From Minisyncoccia bacterium (GTDB lineage Bacteria; Patescibacteriota; Minisyncoccia; Phycocordibacterales; UBA918), in assembly GCA_046598345.1 (NCBI GenBank), contig JBKJIT010000003.1, positions 273,258 through 337,257 of the forward strand: a DNA stretch of 64,000 nucleotides, written 5' to 3'. This document shows positions 47,190 through 55,935 of the stretch, in pieces. The notes beneath the pieces are model-generated. The model was given only the letters and a program-made list of their open reading frames with translations, was not told the DNA's origin and made no database searches. Made by a program: the position numbers and the translations under genes. How positions within the stretch are numbered: the first letter of the stretch is position 1; the number at the start of each line of letters is the position of its first letter.

Positions 47190-47576
47190 ATGGAGATGTT
47201 TGAGCAAAAACAGCCTAAACTGGATATGAGGCTTATGCTTCCATCTGAGGAGCGCTTTCTTATCTATGATGTAGACGAAAAACCAACTCAGCAATTCCCA
47301 GCACTTAAAGGGGGAGAGTTGATCTTTGTAAGGTATCGCACATGGAGAGGTCGAAAGCTGAATGATGTCATCGGGCCCATTCATCTGCGCCGAGGTACTG
47401 CTTTCGGAAAGGTGTATGCAGTCCAGGATCCATTTTACGAAAAAGCATACAACATTCAAACGCTATTGCTCCGAAATCTTCAAGAAAAACTTGTCATTAT
47501 TCCTCGTCGGTCAATAAGCAGAATCTATCACTGCGTGTCTTATGTGGAGTGTATGGCAAGAAATAGGCATGAATAA
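47190..47576 (+). CDS. Hypothetical protein
   Basis: AAGGAG SD; 128 aa. Confidence 0.6.
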   Translation: MEMFEQKQPKLDMRLMLPSEERFLIYDVDEKPTQQFPALKGGELIFVRYRTWRGRKLNDVIGPIHLRRGTAFGKVYAVQDPFYEKAYNIQTLLLRNLQEKLVIIPRRSISRIYHCVSYVECMARNRHE

Positions 47577-47635
47577 CACCGCATTTGCTACGGCAGATGC
47601 GGTGTTTGTCGTTCTGAATAGTAGGATTATTGACC

Positions 47636-47902
47636 TTAAATATCCTCTTTAAGCTGCTGCATTTTTTCAACGTCAGCAAGCGCTGCTTCTGCACTATTTA
47701 AATCCTTCATGGTTATATTCGCATCTTCTACTTGTGTAATGAGAAAGTCATTTACCATAGTAGCGTCAGTGAGTATGTTGCTGATTTCCCCAACTAAGGC
47801 CGTATCTACGTCACTATCAGATAACGGAGCGTCAATAAGTGCATCAATGTCTGCCGCAATCATTTCATCAATCTTTGTTTGATCATTGTTATCTTGATCC
47901 AT
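47636..47902 (-). CDS. Hypothetical acidic protein
   Basis: 88 aa, starts 4 nt after the upstream stop. Confidence 0.55.
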   Translation of the reverse strand: MDQDNNDQTKIDEMIAADIDALIDAPLSDSDVDTALVGEISNILTDATMVNDFLITQVEDANITMKDLNSAEAALADVEKMQQLKEDI

Positions 47903-47906
47903 AGTT

Positions 47907-48944
47907 TTAAAGCGAATTTATTTTTCTAATTACCAGTAATATTTTAATTCCTGCATCAGGTTCTTGACTTGAGCGAAGTTCCTCGAGCTTCTTTTCGAAA
48001 GCAGCTTTAATTTTTTCATTAACCTCAACCACCGACAAACCTAACTCGCGGTATTTTTCTTGCATCGCGGTAATACCCTTGTCATAAACATTAATGATGA
48101 TCGCATCTTTTTTTTCCACTAACGAACTGGTATCAGCATCTACAGATTTCTCTGCTTGGTCTTTTATAAGGGTAAGTACCTCCTCATAAGAATCCTCATC
48201 AAAAAGATTCTCATGAGACCGTCTTTGTATAAGATTCAGACGCTCTTTTACTAATGCTTTATGGTTTCCTGATTGGATTGCAACTGCAATTTTATCAGTA
48301 ACATTTTCATTAAGTGATGATTCCAATTTCAAAAAACCTTCATTTTCCTTCAGGTCTGATTTAAGTTGGTAGATTTGAGCTTGAAAGGTTTCGATGTCTA
48401 CTTTGCTCACATCAGTGCTCAGTTTTAATTGAGCTATTTCTTCAGTAAGACGTTTCGCCTCAGTTCTATTCTGCTTCCAGATAGACCGTTTGAAAAGACG
48501 ATTCTTCCAGGTTTGAGTCCCTTCAGCCACGTTTAGAGATTCAGTAGACTGTTCAATTTTTGATGATTCGCTAATTCTTTTTTGAAGAGCTTCCATTAAT
48601 TTCTTGTTTGAGTCAAGAAATGTGGACACTTTTTGTGTAAAGCCAATAAATTCATCCGGATTGCGCGCTGCCAGATTTTCAAGACTCTGTACAAAGTTAC
48701 CTTCGATTGCACTGGTGTAAGATGCGCCATACTGTGTAATGATCAATTTCTTCAGAGTCTCCTTGGATGTCTTAAGTCCCTTATACACGTCCATCATTTC
48801 TTTTAGTTGTTGATTATTTTTGACTCTTTCTTCGGCATCATCATGTGCACGAATAAAACGAAGAAAATCATTATCATTTAGGTGTGCGTTAATTGATGAA
48901 GCTTCAGTTTCTGTAGAATTTTGCTGTCCTTCTGGATTGGTCAT
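47907..48944 (-). CDS. Hypothetical coiled-coil protein
   Basis: 345-aa charged, helical, AT-rich ORF. Confidence 0.7.
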   Translation of the reverse strand: MTNPEGQQNSTETEASSINAHLNDNDFLRFIRAHDDAEERVKNNQQLKEMMDVYKGLKTSKETLKKLIITQYGASYTSAIEGNFVQSLENLAARNPDEFIGFTQKVSTFLDSNKKLMEALQKRISESSKIEQSTESLNVAEGTQTWKNRLFKRSIWKQNRTEAKRLTEEIAQLKLSTDVSKVDIETFQAQIYQLKSDLKENEGFLKLESSLNENVTDKIAVAIQSGNHKALVKERLNLIQRRSHENLFDEDSYEEVLTLIKDQAEKSVDADTSSLVEKKDAIIINVYDKGITAMQEKYRELGLSVVEVNEKIKAAFEKKLEELRSSQEPDAGIKILLVIRKINSL

Positions 48945-49013
48945 GATTTAAAATCTAACTAAATAAACTTAATTATGAAGATAGTATACCTTTAAAAAGG
49001 TTATTCTGTGAAT

Positions 49014-49031
49014 GTGAGTGAGAGAGGACTT
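49014..49031 (-). repeat. Orphan copy of tRNA-Leu(TAG) 3' end downstream of tRNA-Cys
   Basis: Minus strand AAGTCCTCTCTCACTCAC versus 49574-49591 AAGTCCTCTCCCACGCAC (16/18). Confidence 0.75.
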
Positions 49032-49090
49032 TATTTTTGCACAACTTCTTCGATCCCTCGCCCAAAAACTCTTCTGAAGAAGAGCGTTTG

Positions 49091-49162
49091 AGGCCAGAAC
49101 GGGAATCGAACCCGTGCGTGTCGGTTTTGCAGACCGAAGCGTTACCACTTCGCCACCTGGCC
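49091..49162 (-). tRNA. tRNA-Cys(GCA)
   Basis: Reverse complement GGCCAGGTGGCGAAGTGGTAACGCTTCGGTCT GCA AAACCGA...GGTTCGATTCCCGTTCTGGCCT. Confidence 0.94.
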
Positions 49163-49228
49163 AAGAACCCGCTTAATGTAACACTTTTTTATACCCGAAC
49201 CAAGGAGTTATGCTATGATACCGCGCAT

Positions 49229-49312
49229 GTCCGGGTGGTGTAATTGGTAGCCACGCAAGACTTAAAATTTTGTGGCCGTAAGGCCGTGCGGGTTCGATTC
49301 CCGCCCCGGACA
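49229..49312 (+). tRNA. tRNA-Leu(TAA)
   Basis: GTCCGGG/CCCGGAC; CAAGA-CT TAA AA-TTTTG; long variable arm. Confidence 0.94.
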
Positions 49313-49420
49313 CTAAGATTGTGAGATTACTTACTTGAGCTCATACTTTTGATGTACCAATTAGTTCCTTGTTTTTACGGACGAGGTTTAGTACACTCAC
49401 AGCTGTTGAATTGATTATAT

Positions 49421-49493
49421 CCGCCCATAGCTCAGCTGGTAGAGCAGATCCCTCTTAAGGATAAGGTCCTAGGTTCGATCCCTAGTGGGCGGA
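49421..49493 (+). tRNA. tRNA-Lys(CTT)
   Basis: CCGCCCA/TGGGCGG; ATCC-CT CTT AA-GGAT; GGTTCGATCCC. Confidence 0.93.
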
Positions 49494-49508
49494 CAAGTGT
49501 AAAAATAT

Positions 49509-49593
49509 GCGTGGGTGGCGTAATTGGTAGCCGCACTAGTCTTAGGAACTAGTGGAGAAATCCGTGGAGGTTCAAGTCCTCTCCCACGCACCA
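49509..49593 (+). tRNA. tRNA-Leu(TAG)
   Basis: GCGTGGG/CCCACGC-ACCA; CTAGT-CT TAG GA-ACTAG. Confidence 0.95.
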
Positions 49594-49799
49594 TGAGAAA
49601 TGCTCGACCTTTGTCGGGCTTTTCTTATGGTTGGAGGACTTGAAAAGGTTGTCAAAATTTTTGAATAAAATTTCATACAACCTGTACCGTTCATCTAAGC
49701 ACAGCTTTCTTAAACGTCATTCGCACCTTAAGTCTAAGCAAGCTTCGACTTTGGTACTCATTAGTTTAAGTAATGAAAGATTCCCGTCCTGGCCTCAAA
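49594..49799 (+). mobile_element. Module-C insert after tRNA-Leu(TAG) ending in a tRNA-Cys 3' copy
   Basis: GGAGGACTTGAA antisense; AGGTTGTC...CAACC-TGTAC-CG-TTCA-T[75 nt]GTAA-TGAA-A; then GATTCCCGTCCTGGCCTCAAA (20/21 to the tRNA-Cys 3' end). Confidence 0.7.
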
Positions 49800-49834
49800 A
49801 GTAATACAAAAGCCGGCATGTGCCGGCTTTTGTA

Positions 49835-50179
49835 TTACTTTTGTTTTTCCTCATCGATTTTTTGAACTACCGTGTCGATATGCTGTCTATGACGTTCGCC
49901 GTAATCAATTTGAAATTCTACGTTGGGGATGACGCGGAGACGACTGTGCTTCTTAATATAGGTTCTGAGGTCACGCCCTTTTCGTTTGAGAAAGATAAGT
50001 GCATCAGCCTCACCACCGTCAGGTATTGTCGTAAAAAAGACAGTAACATTTTTTGAATCGGGTGACGTGTTCACGTTCGTGACCGTGATAAGCGGATTTT
50101 GGTTCGCTTCATTACGAATGAAGGTAGCAACAACTTCCATAAGAACTGACTTAGCGCGGTCTTGGCGATCGAAAGTCAT
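49835..50179 (-). CDS. rbfA: Ribosome-binding factor A
   Basis: LITVTNVNTSPD, LRVIPNVEFQID; follows infB. Confidence 0.9.
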   Translation of the reverse strand: MTFDRQDRAKSVLMEVVATFIRNEANQNPLITVTNVNTSPDSKNVTVFFTTIPDGGEADALIFLKRKGRDLRTYIKKHSRLRVIPNVEFQIDYGERHRQHIDTVVQKIDEEKQK

Positions 50180-50181
50180 AC

Positions 50182-51681
50182 TTAGGTAATTACTATATCG
50201 AATGCCTCGATGTAGTCTCCAGGAGCAAGTTCTACTTTTGAATCAAGTTGCATGCCAAATTCACTTACCGCAACGCTCTCCACGTTTGATTTTTGTTGCT
50301 GAAGATTCTTGATGATTCCTTTTCCAAGCTCTATATCTCGGCGCATGATGCGAACTTGCTGATTGAGTGTCAGTGATCCTTCTTCTACACGTGCACCAAG
50401 TACATGCGCATGCTTCTGTGAACTAAAGTGTTTCAATATCTTTGCGCGTCCAGTGACCCGCTCTTCCTCTTTTTTTGGCGTTCGATCCTTCAGTGCACCT
50501 TCAAGCCATTCGGAGAGTTTGTAGATAATATCAAACGTATTTATCTCAACTGAGAGCCGCTCCGCGATATCAATAGCTGAACGTTCTGTTTTTACGTTAA
50601 ATCCGACGATAATCGCATTTTTTGTTGCACTAACACTCTGTACATCGCTGGCGCTAATATCTCCCACCCCACTTCCAATAATGCGAACTGCGACACGGTC
50701 TGAGGTGAATTTCGCAAGCTCATGCTTAATAGCATCAATTGTCCCGAGTACGTCTGCTTTGATGAGGAGGGGAATAGTGGGTGTGTCAGTATTTTGCTTT
50801 GGAGCGTCATCTGGTTTTACCGCATGAGTACGAACACACTCCTCGGCCTCTTTTTTTGAAGCCACAGTATAAAATTGTGCTCCCACCTCTGGCGTTTCAG
50901 TCCATCCGACGATACCAACAGGTTCTGAGAGGGTCGCTTCCTTGAGCGCCTTACCACTCCAGTCTTCCATGATGCGCACTGGCGCAAACGCTCGACCAGA
51001 GACTATAAAAGTACCCGAAGCAAGCGTTCCATTTTCCACAATCACCGTTGCTGTGTTTCCTCGCTTACTATCCATTCGGCCTTCAATGATGACACCAACT
51101 GCCGGTGCGCTCGGGTCACCCGTGAGTTCTGCAAGTTCTGCAGTTAGGAGTAGTACGTCGAGAAGCTCATCAACGCCCTCACCTGATTTTGCAGAAATAG
51201 GAACATACGAAATGTTTCCACCCATTCCTTCGATATAAATACCATTTTCAATGAGGCTTGACTGCGTCCGCACGAGATTCGCATTTGGCTTATCAATCTT
51301 GTTGATTGCAACGATATACGGAATACCCGTTTTTACAATGCATTGGAGTGCCTCAAGCGTTTGCGGCATTACCCCGTCTTCTGCAGAAACAATGAGAATT
51401 GCGATATCGGCAACATCAGCGCCACGAAAGCGCATTTTCTGGAAGGCCTCGTGTCCTGGAGTATCGAGAAACGTAATCTTCTTCTGCACACCTTCCTTTG
51501 TCGTGTGCTCAACGACATACGCAGAAAGATGCTGGGTGATGCCTCCCACTTCTGAATCGACGACATTTGATTTCCGAATATAGTCGAGAAGCGTTGATTT
51601 CCCATGATCAATATGCCCCATGATTACGACAACGGGAGGTCGGGGCACGATCAATTCTTTGGTTTCTTTTTTCTTTGGCAT
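50182..51681 (-). CDS. infB: Translation initiation factor IF-2 (short form)
   Basis: RPPVVVIMGHIDHGKSTLLD, GGITQH, FLDTPGHEAF, NKID. Confidence 0.97.
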   Translation of the reverse strand: MPKKKETKELIVPRPPVVVIMGHIDHGKSTLLDYIRKSNVVDSEVGGITQHLSAYVVEHTTKEGVQKKITFLDTPGHEAFQKMRFRGADVADIAILIVSAEDGVMPQTLEALQCIVKTGIPYIVAINKIDKPNANLVRTQSSLIENGIYIEGMGGNISYVPISAKSGEGVDELLDVLLLTAELAELTGDPSAPAVGVIIEGRMDSKRGNTATVIVENGTLASGTFIVSGRAFAPVRIMEDWSGKALKEATLSEPVGIVGWTETPEVGAQFYTVASKKEAEECVRTHAVKPDDAPKQNTDTPTIPLLIKADVLGTIDAIKHELAKFTSDRVAVRIIGSGVGDISASDVQSVSATKNAIIVGFNVKTERSAIDIAERLSVEINTFDIIYKLSEWLEGALKDRTPKKEEERVTGRAKILKHFSSQKHAHVLGARVEEGSLTLNQQVRIMRRDIELGKGIIKNLQQQKSNVESVAVSEFGMQLDSKVELAPGDYIEAFDIVIT

Positions 51682-51844
51682 AACGTTATGAGACGGCTTG
51701 GAGATGAGGAAATGAAAAACGCCTCGTAAGGCGGAGCTGTCTTTGAAGCCGAGTATAGCAGAGATTTCTCACACTGTCGTGGGGGAATGGGCATGTACGC
51801 AGTCTGATATTTACACATTCCCGGCTCCATGACATTATGCGCGT

Positions 51845-53098
51845 ATGACGTTTTGGGACAACATACGATCTATTTTTGTGGAAAAGAGCACGCACGAGAA
51901 ACGTATATACCTCGACTACGCTGCGGCTACTCCAATCCGCAAAGAGGTTTTAGAGGTTATGCAGCCTTTTTTTACCGAGCAGTTTGGAAACGCGAGTGCA
52001 ATTCATGCGGAGGGCATATCTGCGAGGAAGGCAATTGAAAGTGCACGTAAAGAGCTCGCAACAGTCCTTAAAATTAGAAAAGAGGATGTGATCTTTACAT
52101 CAGGAGGTACTGAATCGAATCATCTGGCGCTCAGTGGATGCATTGAGTGGATACACCTAAATGGTGGGCGTGCGTATGCCGATATGCACATCGTGACAAC
52201 GGAAATTGAGCACCCGTCTGTTCTTGAGGCAGTGAGCACGCTTCAAGCGAAAGGAGTGCGTGTCACGTATCTTCCTGTTACTGAAGAAGGTTTGGTGGAA
52301 CAGGAGGTGTTCGAGAGCTCGCTTACTACAGAGACGGTTCTCATTAGCATTGCGTATGTAAATTCTGAAATTGGAGTCGTGCAAGACATAAAGCGGCTCA
52401 CACGCGGAGTGCGTGCATATGAGCGAGAACACGGCACGTCAATTCTTGTTCATGTAGATGCGAGCCAAGCACCGCTTTGGTTACCGTGCCAGCTAGATCA
52501 GCTCGGTGTGGAGATGATGACACTCGACGCAGGGAAGTGTTATGGGCCAAAGGGAGTTGGGGTCCTCGCATTTCGACATGGAGTCAAGATGGAAGCCATG
52601 CAGCGGGGTGGATCCCAGGAATCAGGCCTCCGAGCGGGTACGGAGAACACCCCCTTCATCATTGGTGCAGTGGAAGCGTTTACAATTGCACAAGCCTCAT
52701 GGAAGGAACGGAGCGTTCGAGTGGCCAAGGTTCGAGATTTTTTCATTTCAGAACTCCTTCACACTGTTTCTGGTTCAATACTGAATGGTCCATCTACAGA
52801 GCGAGTCGCTAATAACGTGAATATTTCTATTCCAGGCATTGATACCGAGTTTGCAGTCGTTGTACTTGATTCGATGGGTGTTGCGGCTTCTACTAAGAGC
52901 GCCTGTGCCGGAGGGGATAGCGGAGGGTCTACGGTGGTATTTGCGCTCCATAAGGACATTGCACGAGCGGCTTCGACAATGCGATTTTCGCTCGGAGAAA
53001 CAACGGTACAAAGTGACGTAGCGAAGGTCGTTCGTATCTTACATGGGCATGTACACAAGATGCGTGCCTTCCACGAAACCCACACACCTAAGGTTTGA
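51845..53098 (+). CDS. Cysteine desulfurase (IscS/NifS class V PLP enzyme)
   Basis: IYLDYAAATP, FTSGGTESN, EHPSV, KCYGPKGVG, RAGTEN, STKSAC. Confidence 0.92.
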   Translation: MTFWDNIRSIFVEKSTHEKRIYLDYAAATPIRKEVLEVMQPFFTEQFGNASAIHAEGISARKAIESARKELATVLKIRKEDVIFTSGGTESNHLALSGCIEWIHLNGGRAYADMHIVTTEIEHPSVLEAVSTLQAKGVRVTYLPVTEEGLVEQEVFESSLTTETVLISIAYVNSEIGVVQDIKRLTRGVRAYEREHGTSILVHVDASQAPLWLPCQLDQLGVEMMTLDAGKCYGPKGVGVLAFRHGVKMEAMQRGGSQESGLRAGTENTPFIIGAVEAFTIAQASWKERSVRVAKVRDFFISELLHTVSGSILNGPSTERVANNVNISIPGIDTEFAVVVLDSMGVAASTKSACAGGDSGGSTVVFALHKDIARAASTMRFSLGETTVQSDVAKVVRILHGHVHKMRAFHETHTPKV

Positions 53099-53197
53099 CT
53101 TAAGATAAAAACATTGTATTATTGGGTTATTACGCGAAGTTCGCGAATACGGCCTCTTTGGATCGCGGTTCTTTCGTAGTTTAAGTAATAGAACGTC

Positions 53198-55885
53198 ATG
53201 CCAAATTTTCAGAATTTTACATCCCGTGCAAAAGAAGCCATTCGTAAAGCACACGAACTCGCCATTGAGCGAGGTCAAAATCATGTCAGCCCAACGCACC
53301 TACTTGCTGCCCTTGTGATGCAGGACGAGAATACGGTGATCTCACTTCTCGATCGTCTTGATATCGATGTCATTGCATTTACTGACCTCCTCATTGAGGC
53401 ACTTGAGAATCCTGGAATGAATCAGACCATCTCTCAGTCGTATCAACTGTATCTCACCCCAGACCTCGCTCAAGCGCTTGAACAATCGGGTCGGATCGCG
53501 CAACAGTTGAACGACTCATATGTAGGAGTGGAACATCTCTTCCTTGCACTTCTCGAGTACCCAGGACCTGCAGTTGAAGTTATTCAGCGTATGGGTATTG
53601 ATAAACGACAGGTACAAAACGCGCTCAAAGAAGTGCGTGAAAATGCTGTCGAGGATGTACAGACACCCAAAAAATTTCGAGCGCTTTCGAAGTATGCTCG
53701 CAACTTAACAAAGCTCGCACAGGAAAATAAACTCGATCCGGTTATCGGTCGTGATATGGAAATCCAGCGCGTGATTCAAATTCTTTCACGTCGTACTAAA
53801 AATAATCCAGTCCTCATTGGTGAGGCGGGTGTAGGAAAGACGGCGATTGCAGAAGGTTTAGCTAGTGCAATTGTGCAGGGAAATGTTCCTGAATCAATTA
53901 AAGGAAAGGAGATTCTTTCACTTGACCTCGGACTCCTCGTAGCGGGAACAAAATTCCGGGGTGAGTTCGAAGAACGCCTTAAGACAGTCATGAAAGAAGT
54001 TGAACAAGCACACGGCGAGGTTATTCTTTTCATCGATGAGCTTCATACGATTGTGGGTGCGGGGCAAGCAGAGGGGTCAATGGATGCTTCAAATATGCTG
54101 AAGCCTGCGCTCGCACGGGGTGAACTTCATGTCATTGGCGCAACGACACTCAAGGAGTATCAGAAACATATTGAGCGAGATCCGGCGCTCACACGACGAT
54201 TCCAGCCAGTTCATGTTAATGAGCCGTCGACTGAAGATGCAATTGCGATTCTTCGTGGTGTGGCTGAGAAGTATGAAATTTTCCATGGCGTACGCATTAC
54301 TGATGACGCAATTATTTCAGCGGTAAATCTTTCAAGCCGGTATATTACCGACAGGTTCCTTCCTGATAAAGCAGTAGATCTTGTTGATGAGGCTGCGTCT
54401 GCACTTCGTATTTCGCTCGAAAATAAGCCTGAGGAACTCGTCATTGCAGATCGTGCAGTGCGACGACTTGAAATTGAGAGGGAAGCACTCAAGAAGGAAG
54501 AAGAAGTTTCTGAACACCCACAGAAGATAAAGGCGCGTCTTAAAGAAATTGAGCGCGAGATTGGGGAACTTAAGCAACGCACTTCAGCACTGGAAACGAA
54601 GTGGAATAACGAAAAGGACGCGGTTAATGAGATTCGCGAAATGAAGAAAGAACTTGAAGAGCTTAGGCTCGAGGCTGATTCTGCGGAAGCGACTGCTGAT
54701 CTTACCAAGGCTGCAGAAATTCGGTATGCGACAATTCCAAGAACTGAAAAGGACCTTGAAATGAAATCATCCAAATTAAAAAAGCTACAGCGTACGAGGC
54801 GTCTCCTTAAGGAAGAGGTGACTGAAGAAGATATTGCTTCCGTGGTCTCTCAGTGGACAGGAATTCCCGTTGCTAGAATGCTGGAAGAGGAAGCGAAAAA
54901 GCTTTCACGTATGGAGGAAGTCTTAACCGAGCGTGTGGTGGGGCAGAAAGAAGCGGTAAAGCGTATTAGTGATGCGATTAAGCGCTCACGGGCAGGTATT
55001 GCTGACCCGAACCGTCCTATCGGTTCATTCCTTTTCCTTGGCCCTACGGGAGTTGGTAAGACTGAACTATCTAAAGTCCTTGCTGAATTCCTCTTTGATG
55101 ATGAATCAGCGCTTGTGCGCATAGACATGAGTGAATACATGGAGAAGCATTCCGTTTCGAAGATTATTGGTTCGCCGCCTGGATACGTCGGTCATGAGGA
55201 GGGTGGAGCAATTACGGAACGAGTTCGTCACCGACCGTACTCGGTCATTCTTTTTGACGAGATTGAGAAAGCCCATCCAGAAGTCTTCAACATTTTGCTT
55301 CAGGTGCTTGATTCAGGACACCTCACTGATGCAAAGGGTCGCAAGGTGAACTTCAAAAATACAGTCATTATCATGACGTCAAACATCGGTGCCGAACACA
55401 TTGACCGGATGTCGAAATTTGGATTCACCAAGAAGAGCGACGATGCGAGTCAGTATGAACAGGCGAAGACGAAGGTGCAGGAGAGCCTTAAAAACTTCTT
55501 CCGTCCGGAATTTCTCAATCGCCTTGATGAAGTTATTATCTTCGACATTCTTTCTGCAGAGACTATTCGAAGTATTGTCGAGATGCAAATTAAGATGGTA
55601 TGGGAGCGCCTCGCTGCAAAGGAGATTGAGTTAACAGTTACCCCTGAAGTTATCGATTATATTGCTAAGGAAGGGTATGATCCAAAGTTTGGCGCGCGTC
55701 CCCTAAAGCGTGTCATTCAGTCGAAAATTCTTACACCCGTTGCCTCTATGATGGTGGGTGAGGGAATCCTTCAAGGAGGTATTGTTTCAGTCTCAATGAA
55801 AAAAGATGAGCCGTATTTCGATGTAAAACGAAAGGGTAAAGGGACTCAGAAGAAGCAGGCGGCAAAAAAGACGGTAGTGGCATAA
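53198..55885 (+). CDS. clpB: ATP-dependent chaperone ClpB
   Basis: Two AAA+ modules (GEAGVGKT; GPTGVGKT), long middle coiled coil, GSPPGYVG. Confidence 0.93.
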   Translation: MPNFQNFTSRAKEAIRKAHELAIERGQNHVSPTHLLAALVMQDENTVISLLDRLDIDVIAFTDLLIEALENPGMNQTISQSYQLYLTPDLAQALEQSGRIAQQLNDSYVGVEHLFLALLEYPGPAVEVIQRMGIDKRQVQNALKEVRENAVEDVQTPKKFRALSKYARNLTKLAQENKLDPVIGRDMEIQRVIQILSRRTKNNPVLIGEAGVGKTAIAEGLASAIVQGNVPESIKGKEILSLDLGLLVAGTKFRGEFEERLKTVMKEVEQAHGEVILFIDELHTIVGAGQAEGSMDASNMLKPALARGELHVIGATTLKEYQKHIERDPALTRRFQPVHVNEPSTEDAIAILRGVAEKYEIFHGVRITDDAIISAVNLSSRYITDRFLPDKAVDLVDEAASALRISLENKPEELVIADRAVRRLEIEREALKKEEEVSEHPQKIKARLKEIEREIGELKQRTSALETKWNNEKDAVNEIREMKKELEELRLEADSAEATADLTKAAEIRYATIPRTEKDLEMKSSKLKKLQRTRRLLKEEVTEEDIASVVSQWTGIPVARMLEEEAKKLSRMEEVLTERVVGQKEAVKRISDAIKRSRAGIADPNRPIGSFLFLGPTGVGKTELSKVLAEFLFDDESALVRIDMSEYMEKHSVSKIIGSPPGYVGHEEGGAITERVRHRPYSVILFDEIEKAHPEVFNILLQVLDSGHLTDAKGRKVNFKNTVIIMTSNIGAEHIDRMSKFGFTKKSDDASQYEQAKTKVQESLKNFFRPEFLNRLDEVIIFDILSAETIRSIVEMQIKMVWERLAAKEIELTVTPEVIDYIAKEGYDPKFGARPLKRVIQSKILTPVASMMVGEGILQGGIVSVSMKKDEPYFDVKRKGKGTQKKQAAKKTVVA

Positions 55886-55923
55886 AGAAAACCCCCGGGC
55901 GCAGCCCGGGGGTTTTCTTTATG
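55881..55923. terminator. Bidirectional intrinsic terminator
   Basis: CATAAAGAAAACCCCCGGGC-GCA-GCCCGGGGGTTTTCTTTATG. Confidence 0.88.
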
Positions 55924-55935
55924 TATACTTTCTTA

